Source of the DNA: Promethearchaeota archaeon
GTDB taxonomy: Archaea > Asgardarchaeota > Lokiarchaeia > Sigyniarchaeales > SOKP01
Assembly: GCA_048939995.1 (NCBI GenBank)
Contig: JBHLOY010000013.1
Coordinates: 13,333 to 77,332 of the forward strand
Length of the DNA stretch: 64,000 nucleotides
Reading direction: 5' to 3'
Shown here piece by piece: positions 8,742 through 17,124 of the stretch. Position 1 is the stretch's first letter. Each line of letters begins with the position of its first letter. The notes beneath the pieces are model-generated. The model worked only from the letters and a program-made list of their open reading frames with translations, did no database searches and was not told the DNA's origin. The position numbers and the translations under genes are program-made.

Positions 8742-10010
8742 TTAACTTTCCGTGTTAATTGCATTATAATACTCATCTTTTATCTTTTGGAGAGTTCTTT
8801 TCTTTTGAATACGATAAAACATCAAACATAAAGAACCACTTATTATACTTAAACTGATAACCAACACAAGCACACCATCCAGATCTAGAGGATAAAAGCC
8901 TACTGAAGGGAAGATATAATCTACTAATAATCTTATATATTGAAATTCTCTATTACCAGTAAATATTACTATTGAATTCAGGTCAGGAATCACAGCAATT
9001 ACTTGATCATTTGAACCTCGCGCAGTATACGCATTAAACCATCTGTAGATCCACCACTTGTATCCATAACCAGAACCTTCTCCTTGATCAAATTCCACAT
9101 TCATAAAAGGAGTTATAGATTCGGCTATCCATTCTGAAGGGATAAGTTGAGTACCATTCCAATAACCATTATTTAAGTATAAAAATCCAAATTTAGCCAT
9201 AGCCCTCGGAGTAAGATGCAATAAGGTACCACCATTGGGAATTCCCTGATTATCTGTATACCATTTGTAGTTAATATTTAAAGGATCAAATATCTTAGCT
9301 TCAGCATAAGCACGAGTTCCATTTGGAGTCACCTGGTCAAGAATAGCAGATAAAACATGCGATCCTCCAGAATTATAATTCCAAACTGTTCCTGGTTGAT
9401 GTTCCATAGGTCGATCTAATACATATTTAACCCAATCTGAGGTTCCATCCATCTGATAATAATTAATATTATCATTCCATGATAATCCAGAAGTCATAGT
9501 AATTAGGTGCTTAATAGTGATGGCTTCTTTTTGCGAATCTAAATTAGCAAAGGTTTTATTAGGGAAGAAATCAAGAACGTGCTCATCAACTCCCGAGATA
9601 TAATTTTCCTCAATTGCAACCCCTATCAAGGCAGAAATGAACACTTTGGTGCACGAAAAGATATGATGCCTACGATTTTGATGATAAGAGCCTGAAGGAT
9701 ATTTCTCATATACTATATAACCGTTCCGGATAATAAGTAAAGAATCAATATAACGCCTTATATTATAATTTTCTATAAATACTTCCATCTCTCTCAATTT
9801 TGATATGGCGACTCCTTGATCTCCTGGTAATGAACTCCTCCAGCCTGAAGTCGGCCAATAGGCGGGATCTGAGCTTTTGAATTTTAAATCATTAACAAGG
9901 GGAACCTGCTTAAAACTTATATTGTGAATGGAGCTTAAATAAAATAAATTGGAAAAAATGAACCCTAAGCTCAAAATAAATATAAATAACTGCTTAGAAA
10001 TTTGTTTCAT
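8742..10010 (-). CDS. Membrane-anchored serine hydrolase (beta-lactamase class C/AmpC-like)
   Basis: FSCTK (SxxK), HLITMTSGL, WNYNS, LHLTPRAMAKFGFLYL, GYGYKWW; N- and C-terminal hydrophobic segments. Confidence 0.88.
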   Translation of the reverse strand: MKQISKQLFIFILSLGFIFSNLFYLSSIHNISFKQVPLVNDLKFKSSDPAYWPTSGWRSSLPGDQGVAISKLREMEVFIENYNIRRYIDSLLIIRNGYIVYEKYPSGSYHQNRRHHIFSCTKVFISALIGVAIEENYISGVDEHVLDFFPNKTFANLDSQKEAITIKHLITMTSGLSWNDNINYYQMDGTSDWVKYVLDRPMEHQPGTVWNYNSGGSHVLSAILDQVTPNGTRAYAEAKIFDPLNINYKWYTDNQGIPNGGTLLHLTPRAMAKFGFLYLNNGYWNGTQLIPSEWIAESITPFMNVEFDQGEGSGYGYKWWIYRWFNAYTARGSNDQVIAVIPDLNSIVIFTGNREFQYIRLLVDYIFPSVGFYPLDLDGVLVLVISLSIISGSLCLMFYRIQKKRTLQKIKDEYYNAINTES

Positions 10011-10121
10011 AATTAATCAATTATATATTTGTAAATATAAGATATTAATAGTCCAGTTTCTAAAATCATGATTCTTGAATATTAAAAATTTATTTATAAC
10101 AATTGAGAATTATAAACAATT

Positions 10122-10535
10122 ATGCCTAAACCATTTCCTATGAAAATGAAAGGGTTCCACAAATTTGGAGATTTACTCGGAATTGAATTTACTAAGTTTG
10201 AAGAGGGCTATTCGCAGTGTGTTTTACAGATAGATGAAAAACATTTTAATCCACATAGGATAGTACATGGAGGGGTGTTATACTCAATGGCAGATACATG
10301 TATGGGAGCCGCATTATATTCTCTGTTGGAAAGAGATGAATTATGCGCAACAATTGAGATTAAAATAAGTTATTTTAAATCTGCGAAAGAAGGAAAAATT
10401 ACTTGCGATACTAAGGTTATTCAAAGGGGAAAAGCTATAGGTTTCCTTGAATCAGAGATCCTGAATGAGGGAAATCTTGTAGCAAAAGCTTATGGAACTT
10501 TCTCAATTTTTAAAATTAAAAAGAAAATTGATTAA
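10122..10535 (+). CDS. PaaI family thioesterase (hotdog fold)
   Basis: NPHRIVHGGVLYSMAD, TIEIKISY. Confidence 0.92.
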   Translation: MPKPFPMKMKGFHKFGDLLGIEFTKFEEGYSQCVLQIDEKHFNPHRIVHGGVLYSMADTCMGAALYSLLERDELCATIEIKISYFKSAKEGKITCDTKVIQRGKAIGFLESEILNEGNLVAKAYGTFSIFKIKKKID

Positions 10536-10536
10536 T

Positions 10537-11058
10537 ATGCTACCAAGACCCAATACACCACTTTATAATTTAACTCATGAAGATAATGAAATTAAGGCCA
10601 AAACCCTAAAAAGATGGAGAAGATTGAATAAATACCTCGTTCTTCCACTATATAGATGCTATTTATTACCTTTCTTTGGCTTCGGGAGAATCTTCCTCAT
10701 ATTAACTACAAAAGGAAGGAAAACTGGAAAGAAAAGAAGAACTCCATTAGAATATCATCGAATAGATAATATTATTATGGTTATTTCGGGTAGAGGAGAA
10801 GATGCCGGGTGGATGAAAAATATAAGGCTCAATCCCGATTCTGTATCAGTTAGGCACGGTTTTCATCGCTTCAAACCAAAAATAGACTACGTTATTGATG
10901 AAGACAAAAAACTTCAAATCATTAAATGGTATGTTAAAAAACATGGAAGATCCGCTAAACTTTTATTTGGGTGGGATCCTAAAATAGATGATCTTGAGAC
11001 TACAGACTTTTCAAATATATTAAGATTGATCTCAATCATTAGATTTATAAGAGAGTAA
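10537..11058 (+). CDS. Deazaflavin (F420)-dependent nitroreductase-family oxidoreductase
   Basis: LTTKGRKTGKKRRTPL, WMKNIRLNP; in-frame ATG 10537 preferred to 10492 because it removes the overlap with the PaaI gene. Confidence 0.85.
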   Translation: MLPRPNTPLYNLTHEDNEIKAKTLKRWRRLNKYLVLPLYRCYLLPFFGFGRIFLILTTKGRKTGKKRRTPLEYHRIDNIIMVISGRGEDAGWMKNIRLNPDSVSVRHGFHRFKPKIDYVIDEDKKLQIIKWYVKKHGRSAKLLFGWDPKIDDLETTDFSNILRLISIIRFIRE

Positions 11059-11181
11059 AGAAGATTTAGAAAAAAATTATAAAAACTAAATTAAAACAAG
11101 AATTTTTAAAAAAATATGAGAAAATATTTTTATACAAGAGAAATGTATATATTATTATTCACTTTTTAAAAAGGGTCGAGA

Positions 11182-13257
11182 ATGTTGAAATCATATCATT
11201 ATTTTGTCCTAATATTACCACTATTACTTATCAGCTTGATTTTTATTAATGTTTTTATTGTTTGGTTTCCTACTAAGGAACCAATCAAGATTATCGATAA
11301 CATATACAATAATGAAAATATAGAATTGATTAACTCATCAGTACAGATAAAAAATGAAACAATTAATACAGATGAGACATGGAGTGGAAATATACTTATA
11401 ACTCGAAGTATCACGATATCTAAGGGAGCTGCACTAAGTATTTTGCCCGGGACGATTATCAGATTTAAACATTATAGAGGATATAAATTTCCAGATGCAA
11501 GGTTAAGCCTTTTTGTTGCAGGGACTATAAAAGCCTTAGGAACATCAGATCAGCAGATTTGGTTTACTTCTGATGCTGAACCACCAATAAATGGGGATTG
11601 GGATGGAATCTATATGAATGGTACTACAGATTCTATATTTAATTATACAATTGTGGAATATGGACTCGTAGGTATTGTCCAGTTCCACTCTGAATCTATA
11701 GTTGCGAATTCAATAGTGAGATGGGTTAATACAGAAGGACTTTATGCAGAGTATTCCAATGTGGAGTATGTGAATAATACTTTATATGGAAATGGGTATC
11801 ACGAAATTGCTTTAGAACAATTTAATAACGCTACTGTTAGAAGGAATATATTTAAAAATGGAATTGTTGCTTTTCACTCAGAAAATTCAGAAGCATATCT
11901 TAAACGAAATTACTTTACTAATTATAGTGGAGACATTGTATCGATTGCCGCTCATTCAAATGCAACTTTAGAAGAAAACATTTTTGATCCATCTTTAACG
12001 AGTCCTCAAGTCACAGTGACCCCAAATGCCAATGTTACTTTAATTAATAATGATAATGGAACTATGACTTTACCAATTCCAGTATTTGATTATCTGGACA
12101 TGCAAAACTATACATTGGGTTATATACCAGGGGATCCAGAAGATCAATACCCATATGTTTATGACACTATAGATGAGACGAGAAAGGTTATAAAAAGAGT
12201 AGGATTAGGTCTAAGTTTTGGCTGGGCTTTAGAATTTGCTATGGGTTACCTTTGGCGATTTGACTTTTGGAATGCTCAGATTGGGAGTGCATTAAATTTT
12301 ATAAGAATGGAACCAGATACGGGGAACTATATTGAAATCAAAAATGATGTCATTGAAAATGCGCGAGGCTTAGCTTGGGATGGAGAATATTTTTTCGCAT
12401 ACGATCATAGTCAACTCAAGATTTTCAAATTTAATATCTCTGGGAACGAAATCTTAATTAATGATTTTTTCGATCTACCCAAAAAAGAAGAAGGTGGCGT
12501 ACAAGGATTGACTTCTGATGGAGAATTTCTCTATATTCCAAGTAGAGGGGGAGCGCTAGTAAGAAAAGTAAATAAGTCTGGAGCAATTATTGACGAGATT
12601 AACATTACTGGAGAAGGTGTTAGTGGGGGGCTAGTATGGACAGGGACACATTTTTGGGGCGTTACGGGGGGAGGAAATTTAACCAAATATACACATGATT
12701 GGCAAATCGTTGGGCAATTTTATCCGGTAGCCGATGGGACATGGGCAATTGCTTGGGATAGAGATTATTTATGGGCCCTTCAGAGAACGTGTGAAAGCTG
12801 GGTTGATGCAAAAATGTTCCAAATTAAGCCATTAATATCAACTAAAACTGATTATTTAATAATAAAAGATGACAGCCCTCATACAATAACAGTTAAATCT
12901 AATTCCTCTGATTATGGACTTCGGTTTAATGAATCCCGGGATGAAATTAGCTTTGAAATTTACGGTAGAGCTGGGAGCAAAGGAAAATGTGATGTTTCTA
13001 TTCCCAAAGCATTAGTACTTACACCATACGCGGTATCTATTGATGGAATTCCAATCGACTTTAGTATAAGCACCAAGGAAACACAAATTGTAGTTCATTT
13101 CGAATATCAGCATAGTTATCATGAAATTAAAATTCACTTGGAAATTGAATCAACAACACCTACTATTCCGTGGATTCACATTCTTCCTTATTCTATGATC
13201 TCTATTGCGATATTTAATGTTTGGGTGTATTATAAGAGGAAAAAAAGTTTTGAATGA
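11182..13257 (+). CDS. Surface protein: right-handed beta-helix plus beta-propeller-like region, C-terminal TM anchor
   Basis: N-terminal TM; GTIKALGT..QIWFTS..GDWDGI beta-helix; GLAWDG/GLTSDG/AIAWD repeats; TM-KRKK end. Confidence 0.7.
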   Translation: MLKSYHYFVLILPLLLISLIFINVFIVWFPTKEPIKIIDNIYNNENIELINSSVQIKNETINTDETWSGNILITRSITISKGAALSILPGTIIRFKHYRGYKFPDARLSLFVAGTIKALGTSDQQIWFTSDAEPPINGDWDGIYMNGTTDSIFNYTIVEYGLVGIVQFHSESIVANSIVRWVNTEGLYAEYSNVEYVNNTLYGNGYHEIALEQFNNATVRRNIFKNGIVAFHSENSEAYLKRNYFTNYSGDIVSIAAHSNATLEENIFDPSLTSPQVTVTPNANVTLINNDNGTMTLPIPVFDYLDMQNYTLGYIPGDPEDQYPYVYDTIDETRKVIKRVGLGLSFGWALEFAMGYLWRFDFWNAQIGSALNFIRMEPDTGNYIEIKNDVIENARGLAWDGEYFFAYDHSQLKIFKFNISGNEILINDFFDLPKKEEGGVQGLTSDGEFLYIPSRGGALVRKVNKSGAIIDEINITGEGVSGGLVWTGTHFWGVTGGGNLTKYTHDWQIVGQFYPVADGTWAIAWDRDYLWALQRTCESWVDAKMFQIKPLISTKTDYLIIKDDSPHTITVKSNSSDYGLRFNESRDEISFEIYGRAGSKGKCDVSIPKALVLTPYAVSIDGIPIDFSISTKETQIVVHFEYQHSYHEIKIHLEIESTTPTIPWIHILPYSMISIAIFNVWVYYKRKKSFE

Positions 13258-13358
13258 AAATTGTTATAAATTTTTTTTTTTTTAAAATAGATACTAGTTC
13301 CAATCCACATATATATTAAAAGCAGTGGATTCTTTTATCATCAATTTTTTTTTTTATT

Positions 13359-14159
13359 ATGACAGAAAGAATGCCCATCCTTTTCATAGGGCATGGTTCA
13401 CCTATGAATATCATCTCCGATAATGCATTTACACGCAGTCTGAAAACTTTAGGGATAAGTCTACCTAAACCAAAAGCTATTCTAGTAATCTCTGCTCATT
13501 GGTTGACTTCTGGGACTAAAATATTATGTAATAAACATCCAGAAACGATACACGATTTTTATGGGTTTCCAGAAAAGCTTTATCAGCTCCGTTATTCAAG
13601 TCTAGGACAACCAGAATTAGCAGGTAAGATCAGCCAAAAGTTTGATAATTATAATGTTAAGTGTGACTATAATTGGGGATATGATCATGCTTCTTGGGCA
13701 ATTTTAAAACATATGTATCCCGAAGCAGACATCCCTATGATAGAGCTAAGCTTAGATTATGACTTTAATAGTTGGCGAATCAAACCAATTGAATACCATT
13801 ATCAATTAGCTCAAAATTTAGCATTTTTGCGGAAGGAAGGGGTTCTGATCATAGGAAGTGGAAATATTGTACATAACCTCAGGATGATTGATTTTAATGT
13901 TAATGCCCCAGTTATGGATTGGGCAAAAGAACTCGATGCACATGTTAAAGAGAAAATAATAAATAAAGATCATAATAATCTGATTCATATTGAAAAATTA
14001 GGAGTAAATGCGCGATTAGGAATTCCCACTTGGGATCATTATCTTCCTATGATTTATATTTTGGGGCTTCAGGAGGAGGAGGACCCAATAAAATTTGTGC
14101 ATGAAGGATTTCAACACGGTTCAATCTCGATGCGATGTTTCCAAATCGGTATTGAATGA
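13359..14159 (+). CDS. ygiD: 4,5-DOPA extradiol dioxygenase (LigB family)
   Basis: FIGHGSPMN, ISAHW, TIHDFYGFP, YDHASW, GSGNIVHNL, DHYLP. Confidence 0.93.
   Translation: MTERMPILFIGHGSPMNIISDNAFTRSLKTLGISLPKPKAILVISAHWLTSGTKILCNKHPETIHDFYGFPEKLYQLRYSSLGQPELAGKISQKFDNYNVKCDYNWGYDHASWAILKHMYPEADIPMIELSLDYDFNSWRIKPIEYHYQLAQNLAFLRKEGVLIIGSGNIVHNLRMIDFNVNAPVMDWAKELDAHVKEKIINKDHNNLIHIEKLGVNARLGIPTWDHYLPMIYILGLQEEEDPIKFVHEGFQHGSISMRCFQIGIE
14002..14159 (+). repeat. Left copy of 158-bp imperfect direct repeat (ygiD 3' end)
   Basis: Aligns without gaps to 21085-21242. Confidence 0.9.
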
Positions 14160-14195
14160 TGTCTTAAAAAAATAGTTTCCATTAATCACATACTT

Positions 14196-14756
14196 TTATT
14201 TTAATTTTGTTGGCCTTCTTTTCCAGAGTTTAATCGATTCGAGAATAAATACTCCTGTTCCAAAAATTAAGAAAATTAAAAAAAGAAAACCTCCTGGATG
14301 CGTGATAAAATCATCACCATAGACGCTTGCTAAAAAAAGATATGCTATAAAACCAAGAATATAAAAAATTAAGTAAAGCGAAAATCGAGGGACCATAATA
14401 TATCCAACTCGGATGTAAAATCCCAACATTCCTTTTTTTGATTCCTCACAGGGATAATACTTTCCATTTATTTCGTTTTTTTTTATGATTCCAGCTCTAG
14501 ATAACTTTTTTATTTGATATGAAACGGTTCCGGGAGAAGAAAAGTTCAATGATTTCTGAATTTCTCTAACTCCCGCATGTTTATGAGTTAGTATATACCA
14601 ATAGATTTGAAGTGCTTTACCTCTTAATACTTTTCCTTTATTAAAATCGGGATTTATTTCAATATTTGATTTTAACTCATAGATTTCATTTCGGAACGCA
14701 GACTCAGACGATATTTCAAATTTTTCCTCCTTACTTTCAGCTTCTTCAGAAGTCAA
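14196..14756 (-). CDS. Membrane-tethered winged-helix regulator (wHTH + 2 TM)
   Basis: GVREIQKSLNFSSPGTVSYQIKKL...GKY wing, then two hydrophobic helices; TTG start overlaps the TGA of the upstream SBP gene. Confidence 0.82.
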   Translation of the reverse strand: MTSEEAESKEEKFEISSESAFRNEIYELKSNIEINPDFNKGKVLRGKALQIYWYILTHKHAGVREIQKSLNFSSPGTVSYQIKKLSRAGIIKKNEINGKYYPCEESKKGMLGFYIRVGYIMVPRFSLYLIFYILGFIAYLFLASVYGDDFITHPGGFLFLIFLIFGTGVFILESIKLWKRRPTKLK

Positions 14757-16873
14757 GTTAAATCAAACTCTTTTTTAACATTTTTCATTATTTTTCGATT
14801 TTTAATAATAGTTAAACTAGCTAAGACTATTATTGGCCCAATAATAATAAGAATGATTGGTAAATAAACAAAGGTTAATAAAATTAAGTTTTTCTGACCT
14901 AGACGAAGAATCGCATTTCCTTTTAGTTTAACTTCGGAAAAACGGAGATTAGGATTTGAAGAGACAACTTCTAACTTATTCCAAGACTGAGTTGTATAGT
15001 TCCATTGAAACACTTCTTGTTCTTCGAGGGGATTAGAATAATCTATTTCATCTAAATCGTAATAACAACGTAATAGATATTGAGATTTAGATCTATTAAC
15101 TTGGAGTTCATAAAATTTACCTGTTTCTTGTTGATTAGAGATGAGATTACTTAAATCATGGGTCATTGTCATATTCCCTTCAAAATGTTGGCTTTCCAAG
15201 GCTATAACTCCATCTGTAAAGGGTAAATAAATTGGATCAGAACTAACTTCTATTTTTTCCATTTTATAGATATCTATATCTTGTAATTGAACCGTATAAT
15301 TAAAAATAATTCGTCCCATCCTATTCATCTGAACAAATGGAGTTACCTCCTTTGCTCTTAGATATATCCCTTTTGTTTCCTGTATTAAAAGAAGAGGAGC
15401 ATCTTCCTGAGCGAGCCGTTGCACCTGAAAGTAATAATATTCACGTTCTTGCCGAATGGGCGTTTGTTGACCTAAAGATGTAAATAAATCAGCCTCAGAA
15501 TTTGAATACCTCCCATAATTAATATCCCCTGAAGTATGAAGAAGTCTTCTGGATAGGCTAGGATCTGTTATAGGAACCCATCCAACAACAAAAAGATCAA
15601 AATTACCTGCTTTGAGGTTTTGTCTCGTACCATTGATAGTTGTGCAATGGATACCCACAAGATTGAGATCTGCTTTAATCGCGCTTACTTTCTCATAGGA
15701 ACGTTCAAATCCTACGAGCTCGATATCAAAGCGATATCCATCTCCAAGTCTGGGATATCCCGAACTATCTAATATAGTATTTGCTAGATCAACATTATAT
15801 GGATATCCCTGAATTGATTTATCATTGTATAAATCTCCAGAATAAATAACACTACGAAGTGGGTGCACTCCCTTGTTTAGATTTTCAAAATAGTAATTGG
15901 TAAACATTTGCTTATTCACAGCATAATTAATCGCTAACCTTACATTTTGGTCATTTAGAATCGGGTGAAGATGATTAAAATAACCATATTGAATTCCATC
16001 AATAGCCAAAGATTCTTCCCAGTAAGTATCATTTTCGGGTAATGGATTAATACCAATTGTAGTGAACTCTCCTTCATGATTCTCAACAGCAGCTTGAAAA
16101 TTTCCCATGGATCCATATTTGATATATTGAATTTCTTCAAAAGGAGGAACCCCACGGAAATATTGGTCGTTTCTGATAAATTTTTGAAATGTTGAATTAC
16201 TCGAAATCTTATCTAAATAATATGGCCCAGTTCCAATTGGTTCAGTAATGTTCGGACCTCCACTAAAACTGTTTGGGGAATAAATCCCACACAATGCAGC
16301 CTCTTGATATATAAAGGGAGCATAGGATTGGTTGAAGTTAATAGACACTTTATATTCGTCTAAAATTTCAATAGATTCTAATGGCATCTGACTAAAATCT
16401 ATAAATGGATCAGCTACATATGCAGGATGGGTGGGATCAATAAATCGATCATAAGTGAATTTAACTGAAGTTGCATTAAATTTTGTACCATCACTGAAAT
16501 TGACATCATCTCGGAGTGTAAAAATCCAGTTCCTACTATTATTTGTGACCACCCATTGTTTAGCTAATGCTGGTATAAGTTCTCCTGTATTAAATGAATA
16601 TTCAACCAAAGGATCGAAAATTATGGTAGCTAAAAATGAAAATTCACGAATCATATCATAATTAATCCCAAAATCTAATTGTGGTGGCGAAATGTACCTT
16701 AGTACTTGAGGGGGGTCGAATTTCGCTGATGATTTAATCTCCTGAGAATTTATTTGTACAGAATCACTTTCTACAATTTTTTCAATTGACATATTTATTG
16801 GAATTATCTGTATTGTAATTAGTACAATAATACAAACTAAAGCAATACGGTTATATTTCATACTATTAGACAC
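14753..16873 (-). CDS. Family-5 (DppA/OppA-like) solute-binding protein with C-terminal TM anchor
   Basis: PALAKQW..WIFTLRDDVNFSDGTKFNATSVKFT, PIGTGPY, VRLAINYAVN; extra C-terminal domain + TM. Confidence 0.9.
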   Translation of the reverse strand: MSNSMKYNRIALVCIIVLITIQIIPINMSIEKIVESDSVQINSQEIKSSAKFDPPQVLRYISPPQLDFGINYDMIREFSFLATIIFDPLVEYSFNTGELIPALAKQWVVTNNSRNWIFTLRDDVNFSDGTKFNATSVKFTYDRFIDPTHPAYVADPFIDFSQMPLESIEILDEYKVSINFNQSYAPFIYQEAALCGIYSPNSFSGGPNITEPIGTGPYYLDKISSNSTFQKFIRNDQYFRGVPPFEEIQYIKYGSMGNFQAAVENHEGEFTTIGINPLPENDTYWEESLAIDGIQYGYFNHLHPILNDQNVRLAINYAVNKQMFTNYYFENLNKGVHPLRSVIYSGDLYNDKSIQGYPYNVDLANTILDSSGYPRLGDGYRFDIELVGFERSYEKVSAIKADLNLVGIHCTTINGTRQNLKAGNFDLFVVGWVPITDPSLSRRLLHTSGDINYGRYSNSEADLFTSLGQQTPIRQEREYYYFQVQRLAQEDAPLLLIQETKGIYLRAKEVTPFVQMNRMGRIIFNYTVQLQDIDIYKMEKIEVSSDPIYLPFTDGVIALESQHFEGNMTMTHDLSNLISNQQETGKFYELQVNRSKSQYLLRCYYDLDEIDYSNPLEEQEVFQWNYTTQSWNKLEVVSSNPNLRFSEVKLKGNAILRLGQKNLILLTFVYLPIILIIIGPIIVLASLTIIKNRKIMKNVKKEFDLT

Positions 16874-16950
16874 TTCTTTTTTTATAATATTTCAATAATT
16901 TGCTTTTAATTGTTAAATAGTTCATTTTTTTGCTGTTTTATATAATTATC

Positions 16951-16980
16951 TTTTGAACAATATGTTCAAAATGTTGTACA
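16951..16980. promoter_or_regulatory. Palindromic operator upstream of the SBP-wHTH pair
   Basis: TTTTGAACA-ATA-TGTTCAAAA then N3-TGTACA; next to a TATA-like TTATATAAAA on the - strand. Confidence 0.7.
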
Positions 16981-17124
16981 CTTATTTCTTTTATAAGATT
17001 ATGATCCCTCTTAATAAATTTAGAGAATAAAGGTATGACACAAGGAGATTTTTTTGTGCCAAATCCATTTTGAGAGATTTTGTAAATTAAAATAAATTCC
17101 ATTTTATCACTCCTCATTTGTATT

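Noticed and set aside
14745-14790. Programmed -1 frameshift fusing SBP and wHTH
   Set aside because: The A6G run is not in slippery-site phase and the -1 frame hits TGA just after it; simple stop/start overlap is more likely
16951-16971. Palindrome as a LexA/DinR SOS box or a terminator
   Set aside because: The Firmicute box is GAAC-N4-GTTC, whereas this has N5; both copies sit at a fixed distance upstream of starts, not just after stops
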